From Mobula hypostoma (taxonomy: Eukaryota): 64,000 bases of DNA. Below are positions 1-14,623 of this stretch, piece after piece. The notes under the pieces are model-generated. The model searched no databases and was not told the origin of the DNA. It saw only the letters and a list, made by a program, of their open reading frames with translations. Both the position numbers and the translations under genes were made by a program. Location: positions 115,012,001 to 115,076,000 of the forward strand of contig NC_086108.1 in the NCBI RefSeq assembly GCF_963921235.1. Direction: 5' to 3'. Within the stretch, counting starts at the first letter, position 1. Every line of letters begins with the position of its first letter.

Positions 1-131
1 CCTCCCACAGTGTGACCCTCCCTCAGTACCACCCCTCTGACAGTGTGACCATCCCACAGTACCGCCCCTCCCACAGTGTGACCCTCCCTCAGTACCACCC
101 CTCTGACAGTGTGACCATCCCACAGTACTGC
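1..131 (+). repeat. 33-bp minisatellite (runs off left edge)
   Basis: Unit cctcccacagtgtgaccctccctcagtaccacc, about 4 copies. Confidence 0.95.
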
Positions 132-599
132 GCCAGTTCCAACCTGGGAAAAAAGACATTGACTTTGGAGAAAGCACAGAACTGGGTTTCCTTCCCGGGG
201 AGTTGGGTGATCTCCCCGAAGCTTGAGATGACAACAGGAATCGATGAGGTGTTCGGTCCCATCATGCAAAGGAAGGATATATGCTTACAATGGAGGCAGT
301 TCAGAGCAGACTCACCAGGTTAATTCCTGGAATCAGAGCCATGTCTGCTCTAAACAGGGCATGTGGGTTAGAGCTGCAGTCCTTGGAGGACACAAAAGAA
401 AGGGTGACCGTACTGAAGAACTTCAGACCCTGAAGGGACATGACAGGGGAGATGTGGAGATATTTCCATCAGCGGAAGAGTCTTGTATGAGGAGATCCAT
501 GATCAATGGATGGACATTTAAAACTGGGGTTCTTCTCACAGAGGGAGGGGAAATCTCTGGAATTCTCCACCCAGAGGGGGTAAAAGGACTCATTAGATA

Positions 600-1818
<1,219 letters not shown>

Positions 1819-2343
1819 TATATTTGAGGTAGGGAAAGATGAGCATGATTGAGGACAATGGGGATGAGCTCAATATTACTTCAACCATGATGTGATAGAA
1901 TTGTGGGGCAGGGTTCAGAGCAAATGGTGGAAGAGATTGCAGAAGTTTCAGTGAGGCCACCTTTCTTTTCTGATCTCCAAAGAATATGGATACAACCCAA
2001 GTACCCTCACAACGATCGGACAACCTTCTGATCTCAGGAATTAGCCCAGTTAATCTAATTAACATCTCACACTTCAGGTAGATCACCTAACTCAAAGGGA
2101 GGCAACTCGAGATGTTTGAGTACAAGAGGCTCTGAGGGCCCAGAGATCTCCCCAACAATCAGGATGTTGATGTTAGAAGTTGACAGACTTCACGTTTGGA
2201 AAGGTCTGGAGCTGGTGAAATGAGGTCACGGGTCAACCTCGACCTGACACAGAAAGACGAGCCGTCCTCCATCCTCCTGTACACAGACAACTGATTTTTC
2301 AAATCCAATTTTTTCAGTAAATAATTAATGAAAGAAGCATTAC

Positions 2344-2526
2344 CCCATGAGGGAAGTTGGGGTTGATGTCCCTGACCAGTTCTGGCTGCGAATCCCTCTG
2401 TCTGGTGTGCGACGAGCACTGCGCAGTGATTGCTGCTGTGCTCGATACTCCATTGCTCTGCAGGGGGACGAGCCTCGCCGGACGCTGCATCTTCCCAGGG
2501 GCAGTGCTGGGACGAGGGGAGGTTGA
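2344..2526 (-). CDS. ERICH3: ERICH3 coding exon 6 (gene continues beyond left edge)
   Basis: ccccag|TCA...GGG|gtaat, 183 bp. STSPRPSTAPGKMQRPARLVPLQSN... versus human TAPRPYTAPGNMQPPIRLQPLPSN. Confidence 0.9.
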
Positions 2527-4597
2527 CTGGGGGGAACAGAAGAGGCAGAGAGTGACAAACATGAGAGAGCCTGCAGATACTGGAAATCCAAAGCAACGTT
2601 TTGGGCCGAGACCCTTCACCTGGACTGTCGACTCTTCTCCAAAGACGCTACTTGTCACACTGAGTTCCTCCAGCATTTTGTGGGTGTTGCTGAGCCAGAG
2701 ATTGAAGAGTGTGACCCCGCATGGCACCAACCTCCCTCCAATCACTGCTCCTCCCTCTCTCCTGTGTATCCCTACCACCTCCCCAACTCCCACCCACACA
2801 TCCCTCGGCATTAGCCGGAGCCCCAGGAGGATGTTCAGCCCTCAAGTCCATTCCAATATCCAACAGGGTCACAGTTACGGCAGACCACCTACCTGGGGTT
2901 GTAATGACTGTCCAAGCCTCCGCCTGGGTTACAGGAGGGCTGGAAAGGCTGCTGTATGTATGAGCCTGAGCATTGGGAGGTGTGGACATGCTCACACCTC
3001 AACCTGCACTTTGGGTGGGAGAGGGGAGTCAGGGGACAGTGTGAAACCCACACTTGATCAGTTTGACAGATGTTGGGAAAGCCGGCTGTACACCAGAGCC
3101 TGGTGGAAATTGTGAATGTGTCAGTGTGTCTGTACACTAGCCCGTGTTGTGGTGGCAGGGAGAAACAATTCTGTGTATCAGACTTAAAGGGAGCTGGAGC
3201 TGTGTATCAGTCTATATTTAGAAAAATTGGGAAGGAGATTGCCCTACATATCAGACTGCTTCCAGAGCTGTGGATGAGATTGCCCTGTATATCAGAGTGT
3301 GTTTAGGGAGTTGGGAAGGAGATTGCCCTGTGTATCAGACTATGTTTAGGGAGAGGAGATTGTCTTGCATAGCAAACCATGTTTTAGGTGCTGAGAAGGA
3401 GATTGGCCTCTGTAATAGAGGATGAGGATGCCAAGATTGACCTGCATAGTGGACTGTGTGAGGATCCTTTCCCACCTACTTGGTCTGACTGATGTCGTCC
3501 ATTGTCGCTGTGCAGAGCGCAAGGGCAATGTCCTCAGTAATATGTCACCGATCTGATCCCTGTCACAATCTACAGACTTGAAACTCAACACTTCGCCAAG
3601 CCTGGCTTGTCTTCGGCAACATGAGCCAAGTTTCCGTTGGTGAAATGTAACCTGCTGTCACTCGGCAGAAAGCCCACCCCCATGACGTAGTCAGCCTCTC
3701 CCTCTCCCTGCTGGCCACCCTCAGACAGCACCCCACCCCTCAGCATTGGAAGCTGCTTTGGCAAGGGTGGGGTGAAGAGAAAGGCAGGCTCCCACAGTGA
3801 CACCAGAGTTAAACAGATCAAAGATACAACCTTGAGTCCCTATTCAGTCCTGCTCACTTGACAGAGACTATCACATTAGAACAGGCCCTTCAGCCCATCA
3901 CTTCTGTGCTGACCACTCCCCAGAACAGTCTCCACTTCGATGATTCAAGTGCCTGTCCAGCTACTTGCAACAATGTTGTGGGGGTCTCCTCTGCTTCCAC
4001 CACCCCAACAGGTGGTGAGATTCAGATTCCAAAACCCCTTCCAGGGTAAAATTGCCAGCTTAGATCACACTTAGTATCTGAAAAACTGAGGAATCTGAGA
4101 AATATCGAGCAAGTATTTTTCCATCACAACTTTTCATCATGTTGAAAGGAGTCTGGGTTTCCTGGTGCTATCTGTGAAGCTCCCAAATACGTCAGTGACC
4201 TTACCTGGAATTGAGCGAGCAACACCATCAAGACGGCCAGATAACACTGTCAGTGACACCCAGAGCAGTAGGTGTGTGGAAGGGACACCCAGGAGTGGTG
4301 GTGGGAGCAGAATGATAGTGGGATTCATGAACAGGAATAAGGATCACGTCCAGGCAAATTATGCTGGCTTCCTGATCAGCAGAGACTTGGAGAGCCAAAG
4401 GACTTGTTCCTGTGCCATTTCGAGAGGACCAGAACATAAAAGCAAGGAAGTAATGCTGAGGACTTATAAGGCATTGGTCAGACCACATTTGGAGTATTGT
4501 GAGCATTTCTGGGCCCCATCTAAAAGATGTGCTGGCATTGAAGTGGGTCCAGAGGAGGTTCATGAGAATGATTTGGGAATGAAAGGGTTAACATTTG

Positions 4598-4950
4598 GGT
4601 GACAGGGTGGAGGTATGTCTCCACTGAAGGAGGTGTAAGGTTCTCCTTGCCTCCGCCAGCCTGCAGGTCATACCTGGGCAAGGTGTAGCACCTGCTCAGC
4701 CCCCCAGTCAGGGTCAGGTGAAGCCATGGGAGCCGGTGGTGGATGGTTGTCTGACCAGCTCGTACGTATCACGTCCTGGTTACGTGATCACTGACGCCGG
4801 GCAGACAGTCTCTGAAGAGCACTGATAACAGCTGGGGCCACCCGTCTTTTAAAGACACTGCCCAGAAAAAGGCAATGGCAAACCACTTCTGTAGAAAAAT
4901 TTGCCAAGAAATCATGGTCATGATTGGCCACGAATGAATGATGAACTTAT
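4598..4950 (+). mobile_element. SINE-like insert with RTE-type 3' tail inside a CR1 fragment (4425-5353)
   Basis: The 3' motif ggcaatggcaaaccacttctg..ttgccaagaa and atga repeats resemble RTE/BovB-dependent SINE tails; the CR1 sequence resumes after it. Confidence 0.55.
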
Positions 4951-5433
4951 CAGGAGAGTTTGATGGCCCTGGGCCTGTACTTGCTGGAGTTCAGCTGAAT
5001 GGGGGAAATCTCATTGAAACCAATCGAATACTGGAAGGCCGAGATAGAGTGGACGTGGAGAGGATGTTTCCTATAGTGAGGGAGTCTAGAACCAGAGGGC
5101 ACAGCCTCAGAAATAAGGGACATCTATTTAGAACAGAGATGAGGAGGAATTTCTTCTGCCAGAGCGTGGTGAACCTGTGGAATTCATTGCCACAGACAGC
5201 TGTGGAGGCCAAATCATTGGGTATGTTTAAAGCAGATGTTGATAGGTTCTTGATTACGGACAGAAGGCAGGAGGATGGGGTTGAGAGGAATAATAAATCA
5301 GTCAAGACACAGAGCAGCTCAATGTGCTGTCCCCTAATTTTGTTCCTATGTCTTATTTCAGTCGCTGTCTCACTTGATACACGGCGAACATCCCCACCCC
5401 CCTGCTGACGCCCTTCCACGAGTCTGTACGTAC

Positions 5434-5562
5434 AGATGTGGAGGGGCTGGGCTGCATCATGTTTGGGCCTGACAGGCTCCTTTGGCAGTTCCGAGAAGCA
5501 GCGGGCGGTCGGGGCAATAGGAATGGAATGAGGTCTTCGTCAGGTCTCCTCGTGCGGTCAAT
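5434..5562 (-). CDS. ERICH3: ERICH3 coding exon 5
   Basis: cag|ATT...TCT|gtacg, 129 bp, phase 0/0. IDRTRRPDEDLIPFLLPRPPAASRN...; weaker but positionally consistent similarity to human GEHTRRS...PILSPHPP. Confidence 0.85.
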
Positions 5563-7094
5563 CTGCAGCAACAATGAGACGTATTAACAACCAGGACAGA
5601 AGAAACACCCCACCTGGCCTTCACACCAACCCGACAGTCGACTGAGAAACCGGGCAAAGGTTGAGTAGTGGTCGGGGTGGTGGAGAGAGTGAGGAAAGGA
5701 ATTCAGGAATGGACAGAGGGCGAGGTATAACGGGTCAGGTGAATACAGTTACAGGGAACACAGTTACATTTAAAGGGCTCACAGCAGAGGAATGTTGGCT
5801 GACTCTAACTCCAAAGTTCAAAGTAAATTTACTATCAAAGTACAAATATGTCAGCACATACCACCCTGAGATTCAATGTCTTGTGGGCATTCACAGTAAA
5901 AGCCCAAAGAAATGCAACAGATCAATGGAAAACAGCATACAAGACAGACAAATATCCAACATGCAAAAGACAACTAACTGTGCAAATACAGAAAGAAGAA
6001 AGAAAAATAATAATAAATAAATAAGTAATATCAAGAACATGAGATGTTGTCCTTGAAACTTTGTTTCCAGCTGAGATGAAGTTAGTTCAAACCCTCTGCC
6101 TCCAACTCCAGCACAGACTCTGGTGTGACAGAAACAAGCTGGAAAAGAATGTCAAAGGACTGCCTTGAAAGAGGATTAATGAAACAAATGGGCTTAATGG
6201 GATAAAGTGGCTCAAAAATCACTCTGTTCATTAGAGGAAGGATGTGGAAGCTTTAGAGAGGGTGCAGAAGAGATTTACCAGGATGCTTCCTGGATTGGAG
6301 AGTATGTCTTATGAGGATAGGTTGAGTGAGCTAGGGATTTTCTCTCTGGAGCAAAGGCGGGTGAGAGGTGGCTGGATAAAAGTGTACAAGAAGCAGAGAT
6401 CGAGTGGTCAGCAGAGACATTTTTCCAGAGCAGAAAGTGCTAATACAAGAGGGCATAAGTTTATGGTGACTGGAGGAAAGTATAGGGGCAATATCAGAAG
6501 AAGGATTTTTACAGAGACTAGTGAGTGTGTGGAACGCACTACCAGGGTAGTGGCAAAGGGGAATTAAATAAACTCTGAGATAGGCACATGGGTGATAGAA
6601 AAATAAATGGAAAGCTACGTGGGAAGGAAAGGTTAGATTGATCTTGGCCTAGGTATGTTAAAAGATAAGCACAATATCATGGCTGAAGGAACTGAACTGT
6701 GCTGTAATGTTCTGTGTTCGATGTTCACCTGACCAAAAAGTCTTGATGTAAACAAAGATAGTATTCACAGAAACTGGAGGTTAGGAGTTAAGGGGATGGG
6801 CAGAAGGGCTACAGAGACAAGGAGGAGAGTGTTGCAGCAACAAATTCATCCGGAGCCTGTTGCCCGAGAGGGCAGTGGCTGCCCAACTGCCTGACCTGTT
6901 GTTCTGCCAGCATCTGCAGAATCTCCTGTGTCAGTGGGAGAAGGATTGTTCAGAGGGAACTGGAGAAAGGGGAATGTGTGCAGGGCTGTGAGGAGAGAGC
7001 AGTGGGCACTGGTGCAGCCTCGATGGGCTGAGAGGGTTCTTTAAGATACAAGTGCTGTGGACATGTGACACTTGTCTTTAAGATACGAGTGCTG

Positions 7095-8160
7095 TGCCAG
7101 CAGCCCATTCCACGCACTCACCACTCTCTGCGTAAAAAACTTACCCCTGACATCTCCTCTGTACCTACTCCCCAGCACCTTAAAACCTGTGTCCTCTTGT
7201 GCTAACCATTTCAGCCCTGGGGCAAAGCCTCTGACTATCCACATGATCAATGCCTCTCATCATCTTATACACCTCTATCAGGTCACCTCTCATTCTCTGT
7301 CACTACAAGGAAAAAAGGCCGAGATCACTCAACCTATTCTCATAAGGCATGCTCCCCAATCTAGGCAACAGCCTTGTAAATCTCCTCTGCACCCTTCCTA
7401 TGGTTTCCACATCCTTCCTGTAGTGAGGCGACCAGAACTGAGTGCAGTACTCCAAGTGGGGTCTGACCAGGGTCCTATATAGCTGCAACATTACCTCTCA
7501 GCTCCTAAATTCAATCCCACGATTGATGAGGGCCAATGCACCGTATGCCTTCTTAACCATACAGTCAACCTTCAGAGCAGCTATGGACTCAAACACAAAG
7601 ATCCCTCTGATCCTCTACACTGCCAAGAGTCTTACCATTAATACTGTATTCTGCCATCATAATTGACCTACCGAAATGAACCATCTCACACTTATCTGGG
7701 TTGAACTCAATCTGCCACTTCTCAGCCCAGTTTTGCATCCTATTAGTGTCCCGCTGTAACCTCTGACAGCCCTCCACACTATCCACAACACCCCCAACCT
7801 TTGTGTTATCAGCAAATTTACTAACCCATCCACCCACTTCCTCATCCAGGTCATTTATAAAAATCATGAAGAGTAGGGGTCCCAGAACAGATCCTTGAGG
7901 CACACCACTGGTCACTGACCTCCATGCAGAATATGACGCATCTACAACTACTCTTTGCCTTCTGTGAGCAAGCCAATTGTGGATCCACAAAGCAATGTCC
8001 CCTTGGATCCCATGCCTCCTTACTTCCTCAATAAGCCTTGCATAGGGTACCTTGTCAAATGCCTTGCTGAAATCCATATACACTACATCTACTGCTCTAC
8101 CTTCATCAATATGTTTAGTCACATCCTGAAAAAAGTTCAATCAGGTTTGTAAGGCACAAC
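7095..8160 (-). mobile_element. CR1 LINE RT fragment
   Basis: ORFs 7589-8140 (YMDFSKAFDKV, GVPQGSVLGP, FADN) and 7303-7491. Confidence 0.9.
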
Positions 8161-8824
8161 CGTATCCTGAGATTCATTTTCATGCAGCATTTACAGTAGA
8201 TACAAAGAAACATAAGAATCAATAAACTACACATGAAGACTAGCAAGCTTGTACAAAATACAAACCTCACAAATACAAAAAACAATTAATTAAAAAAAAA
8301 TTAATACTGAGATCATAAATTGTAGAGACTTGGAAAGTGAGCCTGTAGGTTGTGGGAATAGTTCAGTAGTGGGATGAGTGAAGTTGAGTGAAGTTATCCC
8401 CTCTCGCTGAAGAACCTGAAGGGTAATAACTGTTCCTGAACATGGTGGTGAGAGTCCTAAAGCTCCTGTACCTCCTTCCTGAGGACAGCAGTGAAAAGGG
8501 AGCAGGGCCAGTCTCAGTAAACGACAGGGTAGTTGTAAAATTGTCTCTGGTTCACCCACATTCTTCATGTGAGAAAATCTGGTGTGTCTGGAAAAGCCGA
8601 GTAGAAGAGGGCATGGATTTAAGGTGAAGGGGACCAGTTTACAGGAGATGTATTGGACAGACTGACAGTGGTAGGAGTGTGGAATGTGCTGCAAGAGGTG
8701 GTGACACATGCAATCAAGGTGTTTAAAAGACTGTTAGACAGACACAGTGACGTGCAGGAAGAGGAAGCAGATAGACCATGCCCTCACCCCACCATTTTAA
8801 AGGGGCTTCTTCCCCCTTCCTTTC

Positions 8825-8862
8825 CAGTACTGATGAAGGGTCTCGGCCCAGAACGTCGACTG
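8825..8862 (+). ncRNA. minimal type-I hammerhead motif (GAAA mutated to AGAA)
   Basis: CAGTA-CTGATGA-AGGGTCTCGGCCC-AGAAC-GTC-GACTG. Confidence 0.6.
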
Positions 8863-9166
8863 CTTATTCCCATCCATAGATGCTGCCTGTCCTGCTAAGT
8901 TCCTCCAGCACTTTGTGCATGCTGCTCTCGGTATATGGACAGCTGGGATTTTGTTTTGCTCAGCACAGTCATTGCCCTGAAGGACCTGCTCTATGTTCTG
9001 TGAGATGGTTCCCACTAGCTGCTGCGTGCGGTGCTACCATGGGCAAACACCACAGCACCCAGTCAGTGAAACTGTGGGGATTTGGTAATGCTGAGTTCCG
9101 ACCTCCTTCAACCCCGGTAAACATAACCACACAAACCAATGCACAGAGCAGCGGCGTAAACACAAC

Positions 9167-9238
9167 CTTGACGCGCTGGATGCGGTCTCTACGAGACAAA
9201 TCTTCCAACCTCCTCTGGATCTCCTGCTGATGCAAACG
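9167..9238 (-). CDS. ERICH3: ERICH3 coding exon 4
   Basis: cag|CGT...AAG|gttgt, 72 bp. RLHQQEIQRRLEDLSRRDRIQRVK versus human RYHQLEIKKKLETLARKERIQRFK. Confidence 0.93.
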
Positions 9239-9279
9239 CTGGTGGGGGAAAACAAGTTCAAGTTCAGTTTATTGTAATT

Positions 9280-9710
9280 CAACCGTACACATGAACAGTA
9301 CACCCCCAACGAAACAACGTTCCTCCAGACCAAGGTGCACAACACAGTACATATAACTCACACAACCGTACACATGAACAGTGTACCCCCAAACAAAACA
9401 ATGTTCCTCCAGACCAAGGTGCACAACACAGTACATATAACTCACACAACCGTACACATGAACAGTGTACCCCCAAACAAAACAATGTTCCTCCAGAATT
9501 TGATGCCCACAGTACATATAACTCACACACAACCATATACATGTACAGTGTACCCCCAACGAAACAGCAAATCCTCTGGACCGAAGTGCCCACAGTACAT
9601 ATAACTCACACAACCGTACACATGTACAGTACACCCCCAAATGAAACAACATTCCCCTGGGGCCAAGGTGCACAACACAGTCACACGATATAACTCACAT
9701 ACAACACATA
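9280..9710. repeat. ~83-bp tandem repeat (about 5 copies) in a LINE 3' tail next to ERICH3 exon 4
   Basis: caaccgtacacatgaacagt...tataactcaca restarts at 9280, 9363, 9447, about 9530 and about 9611. Confidence 0.9.
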
Positions 9711-12489
9711 CTGAACTGTTATCACAAGCTATGAACTCACTTTCAATGATTCTTCATCTCAAGTTCTCAATATTTATGTTTAATTATTATTATTTTTGAA
9801 TTTGCACACTTTGCCTTTTGCACAGGGGCTGTTTATCCATCCTGTTGTGCACTCTTTCATTGATTCTATTGTGTTTCTTTGTATCTATTGTGAATGCCCA
9901 CAAGACAATGAATCTCCGGACTGGACATGGTGACAGTTGTACTTTGATAATAAATTTATTTTCAATTTTGAAATTGATAAAGTAATATTACTGCAAATAA
10001 ATTAACAAACAATAAAATAGATTGCAGAAGATTGAGATTGGGCATACGGTGTATTTACGATACAAGAAGTAAACGTGGAGGGGGTTACCACACAGAGTAT
10101 GTCACAGGCTCTTCTTGCCTCACATCAGATGACATAGCAGCAGGATTAGGCCATTCATCTCATCAAGTCTGCTCCGCCATTCCACCACGGCCAATTTAAT
10201 ACTCCTCTCGGCCCCATTCTCCCCACAACCTTTGATGTGCTAACTAACCCATCAACCTCTGCTTTAAACGTTAGCAGTAGTTCACTGACAACCAGAGGCT
10301 CGCACTGCTCCAGACCACGAACCAAAACAGCCAATCTGTACGCACACAGGAGTACCGCCTCTCCCACAGAGCAAAGCTCCCTCAGTTCCGCCCCTCCCTA
10401 CAGTGTGAACCTCCCTCAGTGGGGTCTCCCATTCTCCTGACGTCAGTCAGTAGGGATGGCAGAGGGAGTGTGCACTGCAGGAACATGGTGCTTTTGTGGG
10501 ACTATATTGATAAGACTTATCACCTGAAATAAATTTATTTGAAGTTGTGTGCCAAGAGCTGTAATGCCTCTCACAATGGGATGAGCTGGTATTAGACCGT
10601 TGGAACAATGCAAGAAGCCAGAGACACAGGTCGGAGTGGAAGTGAGATGACACGGAGCTTGGGTGAGTTATGGATAGTGCAGAAGGTTATCATACATTAC
10701 AATGGAGCATTGACAGGATGCAGAGCTGGACTAAGGAGTGGCAAATGGAGTTCAAGCAGGAAAAGTGTGAAAAGATCAACTTTGAAAGTTTGAATTTTGA
10801 AGGCTGAATTCAGGGTTAAAGGCAGGGGATTCTTGGCAGTGTGGAGGAACAGACATCTTGGAGTTCATGTCCATAGATCCTTCAAAGGGGCATCACAAGT
10901 TGACAGGGTGGTATGATGTGTATATAGATAATATGCTTTATCCATAATAGAATCTTTCCCATAATGCCATGGGTTCTTAACTTGTTAAGCAGCCTCACAT
11001 GTGGCACCTTGTCAATAGCCTTCTGAAAATCCAAGTACACTACATCAACCAATTCTCTTTTGTCTATCCTGCAAGTTATTTCTTCAAAGATTTCCAAAAG
11101 ATTTGTCAGGAAGATTTTCTCTTGAAGAAAGCATGCTGACTAGGGCTTACTTTATTATGTGCCTGCAAGCTCCCTGAAACCACATCCCTAACGATCGGTT
11201 CCAACATCTTCCCAACCATGAAGGTCAGACCAACTGGCCTATAATTTCCTTTCTTCTGTCTCTCACCCTTCTTGAAGAGTGGAGTAACATTTGCAATTTT
11301 CCAGTCTTCTGGAACCATTCCAGTATTTAGTGATTCTTGAAAGATCATTTCCAATACCTCCACGATCTCTTCAGCCACCTCTTTCAGAACTCTGGGGTGT
11401 ACATACTCTGGTCCAGGTGACTTATCTACCTTCAGGACTTTTCAGTTTCCCCAAAAATCTTCTCCCTAATAATGGTAACTTCAATGGACCCCTGACACTC
11501 CAGAACTTCCACCATACCGCAAGTGTCTTCTACAGTGAAGATTGATGTAAAATGCTTGTTCAGTTCATCTGCCATTTATTTGTCCCTCGTTACTACCTCT
11601 ACAGCATCGTTTCGCAGCAGTCCGATATCCACTCTTACCTCTTTTACACTTCAGGTATCCGAAGAAACTCTTGAATATTGCAGGCTAGCTTACTTTTGTG
11701 TTCTATTTTTTTCCCTTCTTAATGACTTTTTTTAGTTGCCTTCTGTTGGTTTTTAAAAGTTTCTCAATCCTTTAACTTGCCACTCATTTTTGCTCCATTA
11801 TATGCGCTCTCTTTGGTTTTTATGTTGGCTTTGAATTCTTGTGTTGGCAACAGTTGTGTCACCTTGCCTTTAGAACACTTCTTTCAGGATGTATACATCC
11901 TGTGCCTTCTGACTCGCTTCCAGAAATTTCAGCCATTGCTGCTGTACTGTCCTCCCTGCCAGTTTTCTTTTCCAATCAATTTTGGCCAACTCCTCTCTCT
12001 TGCCTCTGGAATTCCCTGTAGTCCACTATAATACTGAATTATCTGACTTTAGCTTCTCCTTCTCAAATTTCAGGGTGAATTCTATCATATTATGATCACT
12101 CTTTCCCTCAGGGTTCCTTTACCTTAAGCTCGCTAATCAATTCAAGTGCATTGCACAACACTCAATCCAAAACAGCTGGTGCTCTTGTGGGTTTAACCAC
12201 GAGCTGATCTAAAAACCCATCTCGTGGGCATTCTGGAAAATCTCTCTTGGGATCCAGCACCAACTTGATTTTTCTTAATCCACCTGCACATTGAAATCCT
12301 TCAAGACTATTGTAACATTGTCCTTTTGGCAATCATTTTCAATCTCCCATTGTAATTTGTAGAGAAAATCCTTACTACTGTTTAGGGGTCTGTATGTAAC
12401 CCCCTTCAGTTTTTACTCTTTTTACCCCTGCAGTTCCTTAGCTCTACCCACAATGATTCAAAACCTTCCAACTCCCAGAGTCTCAGAGC

Positions 12490-14220
12490 CCTGAGAAAGA
12501 TTGTTGAAGAGATAACAGATGTATTGGTCATGATCTTTCAAGAATCACTTTATTCTGGTATGGTCCCAGACGACCGGAAGGTTGCAAATGTCACTCCACT
12601 CTTTAGGAACGGAGAAAGGCAAAAAGAAGAGTTGGAGTCTATTATTAAGGATGAGCTTTCAGGGTACTTGAAGATTAATGATAAAATAGTCAAAGTCAGT
12701 ATGGTTTCTGTAAAGAAAAATTTTGCCTGACAAATCTGTTGGGAGTTCTTTGAGGAAGTAACAAGCAGGGTGGACAAAAGAGAGGCAATGGATGTCACTT
12801 GCTTGGATTTTCAGAAGGCATTTGATAAGGTGCCGCACATGAAACTGCTTAACAAGATAAAATCCTATGGTGTTACAGGAAAGATACTGACATGGACAGA
12901 GGAATGGCTGACAGGCAGGAGGCAGTGAGTGGGAATAAAAGGGACCTTTTCTGGTTGGCTGCCAGTGGCTAGTGGTGTTCCTCAGGGGTCAGTATTGAGA
13001 CCACTACTTTTCACAATGTTTCTCAAAGACTTAGATAATGGAATTAACAGGAATTCTGCAGATGCTGGAAATTCAAGCAACACACATAAAAGTTGCTGGT
13101 GAACGCAGCAGGCCAGGCAGCATCTCTAGGAAGAGGTGCGGTAGACGTTTCAGGCCGAGATCCTTCGAAGTCCTGACGAAGGGTCTCGGCCTGAAATGTC
13201 GACTGCACCTCTTCCTAGAGATGCTGCCTGGCCTGCTGCGTTCACCAGCAACTTTTATGTATGTTGCTTAGATAATGGAATTGATGGCTTTGTGGTAAAG
13301 TTTGCAGATGATACGAAGGTAGGTGGCGGGGTAGGTAGTACTGAGGAAGCAATGCGTTGCAGCAGAACTTAAGACAAATTGGAAGAATGGGCAAAAAATT
13401 GGCAAATGGAACAGCGCTGGGAAATGTATGATGATGCATTTTGGTAAAAAGAACAACAGGGCGGACCTACTATCTAAATGGGGAGAGGGTTCAAACATCA
13501 GAGGTGCAGAGGAACTTAGGAATCTCATGCAGACTCCCAGAAGGTTCATTCACAAGTTGAGTCTGCGGTAAAGAAGGCAAATCCAATGTTGGCATTTATT
13601 TCAAGGGGAATTGAATATAAAAGCAAAGAAACAATGCCGAGCCTTTATAAGACACTAGTCAGGCTGCACTTGGAGTATTGTCAACAGCTTTGGGCCCCAT
13701 ATCTCAGAAAGGATGTGTTGTCATTGGAGAGAGTCCAGAAGAGGTTCATGAAGATGATTCCAGGAACGAAGGGGTTAACATATGAGGAGCACGTGGCAGC
13801 TTTGGGCCTGTACTCACTGGAATTTAGAAGAATGCATGGGCATCTCATAGAAACCTACTGAATATTGAAAGGCCTAGATAGGGTAGATGTGGAGAGGATG
13901 TTTCCTCTGGTGGGGTATCCAGAACTAGAGGACACAGCCTCAAAACTGAGGGGTGACCTTTAAGAACAGAGGTCGGGAGGAATTTATTTAGCAAGATGGT
14001 GGTAAATCTGTGGAGTGCTCCGCCACACACTGTGGTGGATGCCAAGTCCATGGGAATACTTAAAGCAGAAGTTGATCTTTTCCTGATTGGTCAGGGCATT
14101 AAAGGATATGGCGATAAGGCAGATGTATGGGGTTGAGTGGAATCTGAGTTCAGCCATGATGGAATGGCAGAGCAGATCAATGGGCTGAATGGTCTAACTT
14201 TGCTCCTATGTCTTGTGGTG
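12490..14220 (+). mobile_element. 5'-truncated CR1 LINE
   Basis: RT fragments (VANVTPLF, LDFQKAFDKV, GVPQGS, KFADD, LVRLHLEYC) and a CR1 3' UTR; interrupted at 13046-13266. Confidence 0.85.
13168..13205 (+). ncRNA. minimal type-I hammerhead ribozyme motif (best-preserved core; C>T after GAAA)
   Basis: aAGTC-CTGACGA-AGGGTCTCGGCCT-GAAA-T-GTC-GACTg; stem I AGTC/GACT; cleavage triplet GUC. Confidence 0.7.
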
Positions 14221-14623
14221 ACCTCTTTCTCATGACTTGATTTCATTTTTTTCCAACAGAACCATGTCACCTCCTCTGCCTACCTGCCTGTCTTTTTGAC
14301 ACAGTGCCAATCTATAACTGTGCTACAAGTTCATCCACCTTATTCCATATACTGTGCACATTCACATACAACACCTTCAGTCCTGCATTCCCCCTTTATG
14401 ATCTTGTCCATCTTTTACATTGCGACTATGACTGCAATTTTGTCCTATCATTAGCCCCTCCTTGCTAGGAGTCTCACTACACATTGCCTCTGTTTGTAAA
14501 CCAACTACCTCATCTTCAGCAGTCAGGTTCCCACCCCCCTGCTGAATTAGTCTAAAACCTCCCGAACAACTCTGGCAAATCTGCCGCAAGGATATTGGAC
14601 CCCTTTGGGGTTCAGGTGTAACC

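Noticed and set aside
2357..3115. 252-aa plus-strand ORF
   Set aside because: It is antisense to ERICH3 exon 6, runs through repeat fragments, and has no recognisable domain.
8969..9235. 88-aa ORF with a hydrophobic stretch that looks like a tail-anchored membrane protein
   Set aside because: Only 9167-9238 matches ERICH3. The hydrophobic part follows the GT donor and is intron read-through.
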